Shown here: positions 13,061-26,179 of the stretch, in pieces
Numbering within the stretch: the stretch's first letter is position 1
How the letters are laid out: every line of letters begins with the position of its first letter
DNA from: Lama glama
Taxonomy: Eukaryota
Reading direction: 5' to 3'
Length of the DNA: 64,000 bases
Assembly: GCA_028534125.1 (NCBI GenBank)
Contig: CM052817.1
Span: 64,420,001-64,484,000, forward strand
The notes under the pieces: generated by a model
Databases searched by the model: none
What the model saw: only the letters and a program-made list of their open reading frames with translations
What the model was told of the DNA's origin: nothing
Made by a program: the position numbers and the translations under genes

Positions 13061-13439
13061 ATTTGTCTGTATAGGCACATGGATGGATGGGTGGATAGAT
13101 GGACGGATGACTGATAGAGACAGAGAGATGCAGGGAGGGTTTGAGGGAAACAGGGAGAGAGGGGTAGAACAAAGTTCCCTGGGGAAAGAGAGCTCTGTGG
13201 GGAGGAGAGACATTTGTTCCTGTGCCTGTAGCAGCATGTGTTCCAGGGCCATGCCCACACTAAGGTTGAACAAACTAGTCCTCTGCCCTGCAGAAGTGAC
13301 CAAAAATATATGAGGTGAAGCTGGGGCCCTGGTCAGAACCAGGTCATTTAGACCAAGTGAATATGCCTAACGCACTTGCCCCCTTCCAGCGTCCATGTGC
13401 TGTGGTGCGTTATATACAACTCTAGCTTAATCACTGAAC

Positions 13440-13945
13440 CAGTCAACTTTCCAGCAGGAAGCAGATGGTACACTGAAACTAGATAATTGAGGGCAGTTTA
13501 GTAAAGGAGCAATCTACAAAAGTGAGGGACAGAGTTAGAGAAACCAACAAGGGAAGGTGCAGTTCCACACGAAAAGTAGCAGTGCGGAGCCAGTGCCATG
13601 AGAAAAAAATGAAGGGAGGGAGCAGTTACCTGAACTTGATGCCCAGAGAAGAGCTGAGTGGATACCTGGTCTGGCCATCTGATAGGAGCTGTGGTCTTTG
13701 GGAGAGGGGTGCTCCTGAGTCTGCAGCAAAACCCTTAGCAGCCCAGTGGTGAGGGAGCATGAGGACAAACACCCTGCTGTACTTTCCTTGCCCCTTCTGT
13801 CTCCTGCCAGGGTCTCCTATTGGCCGAATCCCCCCGGCAGCCAGAGGGCAAGGGAGCCTGCTGGTGCAGTCTATACAGGTCAGTCTCCCAGGGAACGGAG
13901 CTGGTGGAGAAGGGTAGAAAATGAATCTCTCAGGGGAGATGGATT
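13440..13945 (-). mobile_element. Old MLT1-type LTR, subfamily uncertain
   Basis: ccagcaggaagcagatggtacact and gccagagggcaagggagcc...gcagtc...ggtcag...ggtggagaagggt motifs. Confidence 0.6.
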
Positions 13946-15197
13946 TAGCAGTGATGTGGGGCTATAATGAATAGTTTACCTTTGTGGAAACACAGACAGC
14001 TGACATTCAGCATCACCAAGCAAAAGAGTTATGATTGTAGAAATTTCTTGGAATTGGAGTGGTTAAAGGTTTGATAGGAAAGTTGAAAAAAAATGTGCTG
14101 TTTTCCTGATGATTGTAAATAGAGTGTTTTCAAGCCCTTATTTTCTCTAAATAAGTAATTTTCCAAATTGTCGATCACAGCCAGCGGGGAGTAAATACAG
14201 GAGAGTTTGTTAACAACATAGCAGTAAAATTCGATATGGATGGGGAAAGTCTCCCATTAATTCTTCCTGGAAGTAGAATACCTGTCAAATTTGACAAAAA
14301 GTGGTAGATTTCAAGAGTGCTCCACCAAAGTGTGGCCCAGGGTCTGTGGTGTATATTCAGTGGTGGGTCTCTGTGAAGGGCAGGGGGGACAAGGCAGCAA
14401 GCTGACATGACAGCTTGTTCACAAAGGAAATTCAAGGGACAAGATGAAGCTATCGACTGAGAGATGAATCACAAAATGAGAAGCTGGGTGGTTTGGAGGA
14501 AGAGCAGGGGAGTGGTGTATATAACCATGCACGGCCAGTGATTCAGGAGCGAGGCTGTGAGAGGCCAGCCCTAAAGTTAGTTAGCTGTTTGTTTTGGAGG
14601 CAGGACCCTCTTCAATGGAGAAGAGGACAAACCTCACTGCAGGCCTCCTAAGACCAAGGCTGACTCCTCCCAGCCCATCATGTTCTCTGCTGTGAGACAG
14701 CAGACCCAGCCACGATCTCCTGACACACAAAACTACACTGAGTCCTGCCTCTCCCGCCCCACCTCCCACATTCCCTAAGTCCTTCCTCCATTGGTCACAC
14801 TCTTACATACTCTCAAAGTCAAAGTTCTTCTGTGAGCAGGAAACAGTCTCTTTCAGGCACTGACTTTACTCTTCCTCTCAGTTGTTGTCCCTTGAGCAAG
14901 TTGTGTCCCACTCTAGGCTGTCCTGTACTAGGACCTGCTCAACTTTTGGGACCCAACATCACTGTAATAATAAGATGCTCTCATCTGTATCAAAATTAAA
15001 TTTATGCATTGACCAAAATCTAATAGCTCATGTGTGAAAAGTGTGTGGAGCAGAGAGCTGAGGTCCTTTGATTAAAGATCACTGAAGCAGGCACTCACTG
15101 AGTACTTATTAAATAAATGATTCATTCATTGAACAAATGAATAAATAAATAAGTGAAAGAATAAAGTTGGTCAAAATTTGATCCAGAAGCTAGTTAC

Positions 15198-15780
15198 AGA
15201 AAACTCTAATTCGAAAACATACGTGTACTCCAATGCTCATAGAAGCACTATTTACAATAGCCAAAAAATGGAAGCAACCTAAATGTCCATCAACAAATGA
15301 ATGGATAAAGAAGATATATATTATGGAATACTACTAAGCCATAAAAAGAATGAAATAACTCCATTTGCAGCAACATGAATGAACTTAGAGATTATCGTAC
15401 TAAGTGAAGTAAGTCAAACAGAGAAAGACAAATATCATATGACATCACTTATATGTAGAATCTGAAAAATGATACAAATGAACTTATTCACAAGCCAGAA
15501 ATAGACTCACAAACTCAGAAAACAAACTTCTGATTACCAAAGGGGGAAGGGGTAGGGGAGGGATAAATTAGGAGTTTGAGATTAACATATACATGCTGTT
15601 ATATATAAAATAGATAAGTAACAAAGTCCTACTGTATAGCACAGGAAACTATATTCAATACATTGTAATAACCTGTAACAAAAAAGAATATGTATGTTTG
15701 TGTATAACTGAATCACTATGCCGTACACCTGAAACTAACACAACATTGTAAATCAACTATACTTCAATTTAAAAAAGAAA
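15198..15780 (+). mobile_element. L1 ORF2 end plus 3' UTR, 5'-truncated
   Basis: gcactatttacaatagcca...caacctaaatgtccatcaac...aaagtcctactgtatagcacaggaaactatattcaa...A tail. TSD-like aagctagt on both sides. Confidence 0.9.
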
Positions 15781-15788
15781 AAGCTAGT

Positions 15789-15870
15789 AAAACCTAATTA
15801 CCCCCCCAAAAAACATAAATCAAAAAAATAAATGTTTTTAAATGTCAATACTTCTTTTAAAAAAAAGCTA
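15789..15870 (+). mobile_element. 3' fragment of the camelid-type SINE
   Basis: aaacctaattacccccc plus A-rich tail, matching the 3' part of the full copies at 51142 and 60510. Confidence 0.55.
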
Positions 15871-16841
15871 TTTTCAAAGAGTCTGGTTCTTTCAGATGTC
15901 TTAATCATTAAATGCCATCTGCAGGTTGCATGTCTGCTCACCAGCTTTCCACTGATCACAGCAGATTGTCATAGTGCATCGAATCTGAGCTTGATGAAGG
16001 GGTAGTCCTGAGTTTCATACTTTCTAGAAACCTTGAAAATTAAAAGGAATAAATTCTGTTGGACTGTTGGTGTGGACGTTGGTCTAAGCAGATTCTGTTC
16101 TTTCACGTCTATAGGACAGTCCTGCTTCCCGCAACCCTTTCGGTATGGCCTTTAATTAAGATGGAGAGATAAGCACAGAACCCACCCAGGGCTCCTGCTT
16201 GTGGCGGGAGGCCCTGAGAGCCATCAGACCAGAGGCTGGCGGCTCTACTCAAAACAGGCTTGCTGGGCTTGAAGGTTTCAGAGAACAAGATAAATTAAAA
16301 AATGATCTGACATCAAGCATTTATATTTCAAGACAAAACAACCCACCAGCTACATCTTGGGATCAATACCATTCAGCCCTATCTACATTAATATCCAAAA
16401 CACTCCATAAAGCTCATTGGTTCCAGTAATGATATCGCTCAGGCTCTGCAAGACCCCAAATCACCCTAGACCCAACCATGTTCAGATTCCTACGCTTCCC
16501 AAACACTGGAATATGGGCTTATATTTTTATAAACAAAGAGCCTAAATGAAAATTTCACTCTGACTCTATCCCCTGAGTTTCCTGAGTTCATTCTATTAAT
16601 GAAACCTGTTTCTTCCTAAACAAAATAGGGTCAGAAACCTGCCAACCCTATAGACCCCTAAGCTAGAGAAACTCTAAGCTATTTACAGTCTTACTATCAA
16701 ACCAGATGTTTGGTGTGGTTTTTTCTCTAAGAATAACAAGAAACATCCTAAAACGTGAGTTTAAGTTAACCACCCTAAAACTAATCACAGCCTTTGAATA
16801 ACTACAGAAGTATCAACTGAGTTATAATTTATGTCACACTG

Positions 16842-16968
16842 TTTTTTGGGAGGGGGTGGTAATTAGATTTATTTATTTATTTATTATTTTAGGTGGAGGT
16901 ACCGGGGATTGAACCCAGAACCTCATGCATGCTAAGCATGTGCTCTACCACTGAGCTATACCCTCCCC
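16842..16968 (-). mobile_element. tRNA-derived SINE (camelid vic-1-like)
   Basis: Reverse complement ggggagggtatagctcagtggtagagcacatgcttagcatgcatgagg...ggttcaatcccc. TSD tatgtcaca (16830-16838 / 16972-16980). Confidence 0.9.
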
Positions 16969-17109
16969 ACCTATGTCACATTTTTAACTGAGGCAGAAAA
17001 CACCTTTGTTAAACTGTGACTGGGGAAATTTTGACATAAATAGAAACACAATAAAGTTTGGTTAAAGTGAAAAGAAAGGTTGTTGAAAAGAAGGCCCAAT
17101 ACTCTTGTA

Positions 17110-17575
17110 TATGCATACCTGGAAGATACTGTGGCTTCAGTTCCAGACCACCACAATAAAGCAAATATCACAAAAAAGTGAGTCACACGAATTTTTTGGT
17201 TTCCCGGTGCATACAGAAGTTATGTTTACACTATATTGTAGTCTAGTAAGTGTACAATAGCATATGTCTAAAAAAACAATGTATATTCGTTAATTTAAAA
17301 ATACTTTATTGCTAAAAAATGCCAATCATCTGAGCATTCGGTGAGCTGTAGCAGTAACATCAAAGATCGCTGATCACAGATCACCGAATAATAATGAAAA
17401 AGTTTGAAATATTGTGAGAATCATCAAAATGTGACACAGAGATACGAAGTGAGCAAACGCTGCTGGAAAAATGGCACCAATAGACTTATTTGACGTAGGG
17501 TTGCCATAACTTTCAATGTGAAAAGCACAGTGTGAAGCATAATAACATGAAGCATGATAAAACAAAGGATGCCTG
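17110..17575 (-). mobile_element. Tigger1 internal-deletion derivative (TcMar DNA transposon)
   Basis: TA-flanked; termini (ta)tgcatacct...aggatgcctg(ta); internal gttccagaccaccacaataaagc and aaaatggcaccaatagactt. Confidence 0.9.
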
Positions 17576-19024
17576 TAATGAGATTTCCAGATAAAACACT
17601 ACGTCCCATTACAGGATACCATAGCTGATGACTGACCTAGGGCCCAGATGGGATTCAAACTCACTGCTGAGTGGTAGGCAGTCCTTGGAATTAACAATTT
17701 ACATAAGAAGAGCTGTTTGTGGCTGAAGGAGTAAACAGGGGCTGGGACATGTGTGCCTGGCGGGTGCATGGTGTCAGTGCCTGAACAGCTGTTGAGACAT
17801 GAGAAACTCAGAAGTGAACAAGGAGAAAGCAGCGTTGATATGAAACATTCTAGACTGGGAGCTGCAAACCAGAGCTCTCATCTACCTTTACCTCAGCACC
17901 ACTTGTCCAGGCTTCCTTTTTTGTCATGTGCTGTTTTTGACTTGGGCTAGATGATGTCTGTGGAAGCTCCAGTTCCAGTGTTCTCTGACTCTAAGGAGAA
18001 CTGTGACCAAAAGATAATTAACATGGTACAGTAAACTATCAAAATCAGTAAAGCAATGGTGGGCAGAAGGGCATGGAAAAGAATGGCTGGGTATCTTCTT
18101 TATCAAATGGAAGCATGATCTGAAATCCATTTCCTTGGACACAGACAGAGGGCAGCAACAGCAGAGTCATGGATTTCTGTCATGTCTACAAAGCCCCACA
18201 AAGTCGTGTTTCCATGGAAATGAGGAAACAAGGTTGCTTCCTCACTGATTGGTGGTTTTAAAACCCCATCTCTTCCGAAACTTCTCTTCCATCTGTTTCT
18301 GTTGTGCTGAACTCTGCTCTGGTACCATGAAAATGGAAATACAAGTAGCAGCTGAAAAGAAATTGTCCCCTCCTATTCTGCCAGTACATTCTATTCAAAA
18401 GATGGGCAATGGGGAAAAATGAAACCAGATAAAATTATACTGAAAATGCAGGACTTCATTTTTTCTCATGTTCCATATGAGTTCATGAACCATCTATAAT
18501 TGGCTACCAAATCCTTAGTATCTTTATCTCCCTTCGACCTCTACTTACTCCCTATATTTTAGTACCAGTTTTTGTAATTCTTCTACCATGCTCTTGTCCC
18601 TGAAATTTTCTCAATCTCCTTATTACCTACAAAAAATAAATAAATAAGCTACATAGCACAGTGATTAAGGGAATGGTATAGACAGACAAGGAGGGAAAAT
18701 ATTGCCCCCAAATACCCCAGCAATACTAAACTCTTATCTGCAGTTGTCTCTTGCTAATGAGAATTTGCTGGAGGTGGAAGGTGGTGGAGAGAAAGTAAAA
18801 CACACTTTCTTCATCCTTTGCTCTGCTACTATATGTGTCACTTATTATAAGACCCAATTCTTTCAAGAAAAAATTAGAGTAGACAGTGTGCTGTCTGCCA
18901 TTCCTAGATTATTTTGTTCTGAGATGACTGACATGCCCTAAAAGCAGATGTAGAAGAACGTTACTAGTGTAACTTACAAGTGAGTTACTTGCAACATTAA
19001 ATGAAAATATAGTGATAAGGGTAA

Positions 19025-19472
19025 TGTTGTATATTGATTGCACTAATGAGCCAATCTTTCACACCTTCTTATATCCATGTTGTTTGGTAGTGCCCTGCAC
19101 ACACTGACTTTCTGTCACATAACTTGCTTTGGTCAATGGGGTTGTGCAATGTTGATACAAGTAAGGGCTTCAAAAGATCCTCCCATGTTTCTACCTCCTC
19201 TCTTGTGCTCCATCACCACGTAAGAACCAGTCTGCTGGTGGATGAAACTCATGTAGCAGACCCAGCTGTGGTCTATCATGATCGCTGAGGCCATCATAGA
19301 TTAGATGACAGCCAGATGAGCCCCACACATGTGACTGAGCACAGATGAGCCCAATCCTGATCAGAAGAGCTACCAAACAACCAATAAATAGACTTATGAG
19401 AAACAGTTGTTGTTTTAAGCCATGATAAGTATGTGGGGTTATTTGTTACATAGCAATAGCTAACTGCTATAG
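19025..19472 (+). mobile_element. MLT1H-like solo LTR
   Basis: acttgctttggtcaatggg...gttgttttaagcca...tttgttacatagcaatagctaactg. Confidence 0.75.
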
Positions 19473-20129
19473 ATAACAATATTAATTTATTACACATTCT
19501 CCATATGCCAGGCACTCTTTTATGCTTCTTTCATAAATCATTTATTTGATCCTTGTAACAAACCTGTACCACTACAAACTCAATTTTTAAATTCAGCATA
19601 TGGAGTATGAAATATAAATGTTCCAAGTGATTTTTCACATATCTTTAAGCATCACAAATATCCTGTGCCATAGACAGGGAAGATACTATTTTCTCCATTT
19701 ACAAATGGAAACTAAGACTGAGAGAATTCACAATGACAGAAAGTGGCAAAACAGTGACTTGAACCAGGATTTCTGATATTAAGTCTAATGCTCCTTCAAC
19801 ACACATTCTACTTCTCAGAGTAGAATCAGTTTGTAGGAGGTTATTTAGGACAGAGGAAATACAAGAATAACAGGATGCACGATTTTTTTTTCCTTTTATG
19901 AAGTTTTTTTTTTTTAACATTAAAGTTCACCTTGATAGAGATGACTGGAAAGTTACTCTTCCTTCACTTTGTTCAAAATTCATAGAAAGAGGCTTCACGC
20001 ACCTAAAGGAGTTATCTATTCCTCTCACATAATTTATTTTTCCTTCCAGAGAACCATATATATTGTTTTTAATAATGAACTGCATAATACAATCATGTTC
20101 ATATAGCTTTTATTCTAGGCTTGGATGAC

Positions 20130-21520
20130 TTCTGCTTTAACCATGAAAGAATAACTGGTATTGCATTTATCCTCCCACTGGAAACAACCATAAAACTGGA
20201 CAAAATATATGAGGCAATACTTTTCAGGCAAGGGGAAAGAAGAATCAAAGAACTTAGATCTGTGAGGTAAAGGCACACGTTAAAAGTGAGTACTATGTTC
20301 ACTCCTGCTTTCTGCCTAGCGATATCTTCCAAACCAAAGTGCAAGATAATGAAGACCAAGATAAGAGACATGGCCTTGTGACCTGAGGAGGCAGAGATGA
20401 GAGTTCAGGGCTGCCAATGTGGCTGGACTTTTCCAGGCAAGGAACCGGACAGGAGGAAGCTGGACAGAAGAGGGGCCATGGAAGCCTGCATGGGCATTCA
20501 CCTTAGGTTCTTAATTGCATGTGGGCAGTGTGACACTTCTTGAGGCCTAGCGGAGAGTGGGCTTAAGAGCTAAACAAGGTTACCAGGGATTGTACAGATC
20601 TAGAAGACACTGAAGTTCTGTTTCAGCCAGAATGGAGAGACCCATAGAATCTTGAGTATTCCAATGAGATCCCAGAAAAGCCACACTTCAGGAATAATGA
20701 CCATATACTGGAGCAAGGGCCACACCATAGGTATAAGAACAATATAAAAATAGACAACCCTAACAAAGCCTAAAATCAAGCTGGAAAGGATTTAGAGAAT
20801 CTCCCAGTAATTCACCTACCTATCAGAACAAAACTCAAATCCTTTCAACAAGGAATCATAACTTAAACTCCCTACAAAATAACATCCACAATGTTCAGCA
20901 TACCTCATAAAAACTTTAGACATGCAAAAAAGCAAGAAAATATGACCCATAATCAAAAGAAAGGAATCTCAAGAGGACCCAGTTGCTGACTTATATGTTG
21001 TATACCTGAAACTAATATAACATTATATGTCAATTTTATCTCAATAAAAAATATATTATGATGTATGAAGTACATAAAAAGAGAAGTGGGAAGATATTTC
21101 AAGTATTAAAAACTGAAATTAAAAAAAGAAAGAAAAGACATCTTTAAAGGGCTAAAAGGGGGAAAAGTCAATCTTTAAACATATACACAGTGAAAATACA
21201 TTCCAAAAATGAGGGTGAAATAGACATTCAAGTATGTGAAAACTAAGAGAAGTCATCACCAGCAAACCCCTACAAGAAATGCTAGACAGAGGGAATTCTT
21301 CAGGCTGAGCAGAAATGGCATCAGATGAAAACTCGGATCTGGAGGAAGTAATGAAGAGCACCGGAAATGGAAATATGTTGGTATATATAAAGGGTTCTCA
21401 TTTTTCCCTTTTATTCATTACATTAAAAGACAAATAACTCTTAAAATTACTTTTGCCATTTACAATTTGTGGACATATAAACTATATGGCAACAATAACA
21501 CAAAGCACAAGGGCGTAAAC
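20130..21520 (+). mobile_element. Old L1M 5' region / ORF1 remnant
   Basis: aacaaccataaaactggacaaaatatatga, tatgacccataatcaa and aaactaagagaa.tcatcaccagcaaacc motifs. Confidence 0.6.
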
Positions 21521-22909
21521 ATTTCAGAGACTTCAGTTCCTGGTGTCTAACATTCACTTTAATTGCATGCCTTCTTATCACACCTAAAGTTTGCCACTTG
21601 CTATCTTAGTAGCCACCCAGAGGAACAACAGAAATAGGAGATGTGGTCCTTGGCATCAAGGATCATACAAGGAGCTGAGAAGGCAAAATATACAACAGTG
21701 AAATGCTGTAGCGATAATTACACAGCAATGCCTGGAAGATCACAAGAAAAGACAAAATGCCTACATTTTCCTAGGGTTCATAATACAAAGAAGTGCTAGA
21801 ACTCACTCCCAACCCATCCGAAGACATTCTGTGAAACAGGAGGGGGAACATGACGTTCCGTCTCATAGCTGATGCTTGGACAAATACGTGTGAGCTGGAA
21901 TTTCAGCCCCACCAGCCCTCATTGTGCAATGAAACTACAGAAACAGCCACAGTGACTCTGATCTGAGTGGCTACAGAGATAATTGGGAAAGACTTCCAGC
22001 ATCCTGAGCTCTGCTTCATGAATATGGGCTGTCCTCACATCCAAAGAAAAGAAAATAACTTCTGCATTCATTTTCAGAAAGAGCTTCAAAGAATCTCAAG
22101 CCTGGTATATTTTTGGAAGTTCATATCCAGCTTGATTAAACTTTGCTTTGCCTTTCTGTTTCAAACAATCTTATGGGAATGTTTTATATTTCATCTTTAA
22201 ATTTCATCTTTTTAGGAGAAAGTGTGGAGGTAGGTATTTAAATGAAAGAGAAAATATGAAAATTTGTACTTTTTAATTAGTACTGAATATTAAATAGCAC
22301 AAAGAATATTTTAATAAGCAATGACTCTCAGGAATGATCTTTAAAGGAGTCTTTTTTCCCATCATTCCTATTGAACACAGTCATGAATACAGGCAAACAT
22401 ATTCCATTTGTGCTAATACAAATATTAATTTAAAATTTGGCAGCATGATTTTTCTTTTAATAAGTCATCAATTGCCATACTGGGAGTTAACAGCTCCTGC
22501 CATTAAAAAATATCATTAATTTTTTCAAAGAGTATTGAAATTTTAATTTTTAAACTAAGGGACGATGTATCCTAAAGAAAATAACAATTTAAAATAATTA
22601 TTCTAATTGTGCCCTCAAAATCCCTGTTTGTTAATTATAAAATTGTTTATGTACACTATAGTGTTGTGTTCAAAGACACAAAAAAATTAAGAAAACTTTA
22701 AAATTCATAAGTCACTTGCCTAGAAATAAATAATGCTAACATTTTTGTTTTCCTTCTGGTCTATCTTTTCTGCATGAAGAGGCACACCCAGTCAATAACT
22801 TTTACATTACACTGAATTAAAAGTTTTGAATCTTTTCTTTTATTTAACCTATTATTAAAGATCTTTCAAATACCTTATTTGATATCTACCATAATTATTT
22901 ATCTGTTAT

Positions 22910-25517
22910 TGTGCTGGCCAGCCTCCAAGATGGCCCCCAATGATCATGGCCTCCTGGTATTCATGACCCTGTGCAGGACCATCCCACACTGAATAGCGGT
23001 GACTGGTGTAACTCATAAGATATTCAGAAATAACAATGCAACTTCCAAGGCTATGTCATAAAAGACATTGCAGCTTTCATCTTTTTTGGATTACTCTCTA
23101 GGAGAAGACGAGGACTTGAGGTCTCCAGCATCCCTAAAGAGAGATAGGGTCAGAGCGAGAGAGGTCCACATGGTAAGGAATTGAGGTCTTCTACCAATAA
23201 CCAGCACCAACTTGCCAGGTATTTGAGTTTATGAGCAAGGAAGTAGATCCTCCCACTCAGCCAAGTTCTCAAGTCACTGCAGCCCTGGTCCACACCACAG
23301 CCTCATGAGAGACTCAGAGACAGAACCACCAAGCTAATCTGCTCCTGGGTTTCTGACACACAGAAATTATGTGAGTTAATAAATATTTATTGTTTTAAAT
23401 ATCTAAATATTTTATTTATTTGTTGTATTATTTTATTATTTTGGGGGGCGGATTAAGTTTATTCCTTTTTAATGCAGGTACTAGGGATTGAACCCAGGAC
23501 CTGCTGCATGCTAAGAATGTGTTCCACCACTTGAGCTATAGCCTCCCCTGTTTTAAATACCTAAATTTTTGAATAACATGTTACACACAGATAAATAATA
23601 ATAATTTTGGTGCCAGAAGTGGGGCACTACCATAACAAAGAATCTAAACTGCGAGGGTGCCTTCATGACAGGAAAGACTGAGAAGTAAAAGCATACGGTG
23701 CACTGAAGAAACTTAGCAGAAGTCTGGTGACCTTCAAGGATGCTACTGGTAAGGACTTGGAGGAAAATCTGGGAAGTATTACTGGGAACTTAGAATATGA
23801 GAGATTCTTGTTAGATATGATTAAAAATTTAGCAACACTATCACATGCAAAAATATGGGGGTAGGGAGAAAATATATCTAATGAACTAAGTGATCTGGCT
23901 AAGGAGATTCCCAGGCAGAGAGCTGCAAGGGCTGCTTGGTTTCTTCTTACAGCAAAATGGGAGAGGAGAGATAAGCTAAAGGAAGAACAATTAAATAAAA
24001 AAGAGTCAAGACTTTCTGCTTCTGAAATTTTCCAGATGACAGAAAATGGTAAAATTGTAAAATGGCTCCCAGGCAAAGATCAAATCCAGCGCTTTTCCAA
24101 GAAAACATGGTCTAAAGATGAAGCTGAGGTTGTGACTGTAAAATCCTATTTTAATGATTAAGAAAAATCTCAGGGAGTACTTCAGAGAACTCCAGGGCTT
24201 CTGAGAAGCTTACGGGCATTGTCCCTCAACAGTCTCAACAAAAGCCCAAGGTAGGAAAAAGCTTATCTTGAAGAGATTTGTGGTGTGGCTTTTGTCTAAC
24301 AGAATGAAATCCACCTACTGCCCTGTTGCAGGTGACCTGTAAAGTTTTTTTTAAATTAATATTGGCAGAAACACTGTCAGATTGGACTGAGTGGACAGAA
24401 ACCATACAAAGTGAAAAGAGACTTTCAGACTCCCAAATTCTGATAGGCAGGAAGCAGGCTGAGACTCTCTCTAGCTGCAAATCATGGAGCAGGAAGGAAG
24501 AATCAGAGGGCAGAACCAAGAGCTCAGAGGGTAGGGCCACGAGCCACAGAGAATCATTCTCAGGAAAGAGTAGACCGGAGCCCTAATTAAGGAAACTTAA
24601 GTATTTGTGTGGCTGGGTTTTAGAATTCCTATGAAGCGGTGACCTCTGTATGCCTCCTCTTCTCCCCCAATTTGAATAGGAATATCTACAGCAGTTATTT
24701 TAAGGCTGTCCCACCAGCATATGTTGGGTGTGGAAAGGGGCAGATGACTTGTTTCTGTAATTCACAGGTTTTCGGATTGAAAGAAACTACACTTGAACTG
24801 TGCCTGGAACTACATACTGAAGAAACTGTACCATAAAAGCTTCATCTGCCCCTCCACCTGTCTTAGCTGGTGAGGTTCTGGACTTAGAACAGATGCTGAA
24901 ACAGGATGAATCTTTTCAGGGCCTTGTGAAAGGTGACTGTATTTTGCATGCATGAGAGATATGAATCACTGGGGGCCAGAGTACAGACTACAGTAACCAG
25001 CCTCCCCAACGACCCCCAGGAATTCTTGTCTCCTGGTATTCATGACTCTATTTAGCCCCCCACCAAAATGGATAGGGCCAATTTGTGCAATGTATAGGAT
25101 ATTATAAAATAACAGAGTGCAACTTCATAAAAGACATTACAGTTTCCACTTTGCTCTCTTGGATCACTCACTGTGGGAGAAGCCAGCTGCCATGTCACAA
25201 GAGGACACTCCAGTCCTATGGAGAGGTCCACGGGGTGAGGAATTGAGACCTTCAGCCAACAGTTAGCACTAACTCAGCAAGCATGTGTGTGAGCCACCTT
25301 GGAAGCAGAACCTCCAGCCTCAGACAAGCATTCAGATGACCACAACCCTGGCCAACATCTTGACTGAAGCCTCATGATACATCCTGGAGCAAAACCACCC
25401 AGCTAAGATGTCCCTGGGTTCCTTATCCACAGAAATTGTGTGAGATAATAAATATTTATTGTTTTAAGCCACTGAATTTTGGGGCAATTTGTTATATATG
25501 AATAGCTAAATAATACA
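22910..25517 (+). mobile_element. Full-structure MLT1F-like MaLR (LTR-int-LTR)
   Basis: 5' LTR ~22910-23600 (ccagcctccaagatggcccccaatgatc). Internal part begins ttttggtgccagaagtgggg and ends gggggccaga. 3' LTR ~24989-25517 is homologous to the 5' LTR and ends taataca. Confidence 0.85.
23409..23548 (-). mobile_element. vic-1-like SINE inserted in the MLT1F 5' LTR
   Basis: gggattgaacccaggacc...cttgagctata. TSD tgttttaaata(t/c)ctaaat (23391-23408 / 23549-23566). Confidence 0.9.
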
Positions 25518-26179
25518 GCTTTATTTCATCATACGAATAGACCAAAATTCAGTGTTGATAATTTAGATTTCTTCTAACTTTTCATCGTTATAAATACTAT
25601 TACTATGAAGAACCAGATAAATAATAAATCGTCTGAATCTCTAAGTATGTCTCTAGACTAAATTCTTAGACATGAAATTACTAGATATGAACAAGGGATG
25701 TTTACAGCTGCATTTTACAGGAGTATGCATTTTACTGCAGCCTCAGCTATGCTTTTAAAAACCACAAGACAAGCATACCTACTATCACTATTATTTAACA
25801 CTGTACTGCAATAAACACACTTAGGAAAGAAAATGAAATTAAAAGTATAAAAGTTAGAAAGGACAAACTTAAACCTCCATTATGTCCTTTCAATATGATG
25901 AATATTTGGAAAACACAACAGAAACACTGAAAAGCTATTATAAATGATAAGAGAATCCAGAAAGGTAACAAGAGACCAAAGAACCACGTGGCAACACAAG
26001 ATGCATTCAGGACACTTTAAGCAGAGTTCTGACCAAGTGTGTTCCCAGGCAGCGGTAGGAGGACAAGTAGAAAAGCTTCGTGACTGTATCCTGCTGGATT
26101 CATCTCATGCAGCAGACAAGTTACACGACACATCCCGCCACCTTAGCTGTCTCACACTTGAACATCACAGGTATACCTC

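Noticed and set aside
23663..24836. Several 65-137 aa ORFs
   Set aside because: They lie in decayed MaLR internal sequence with no recognisable intact protein.
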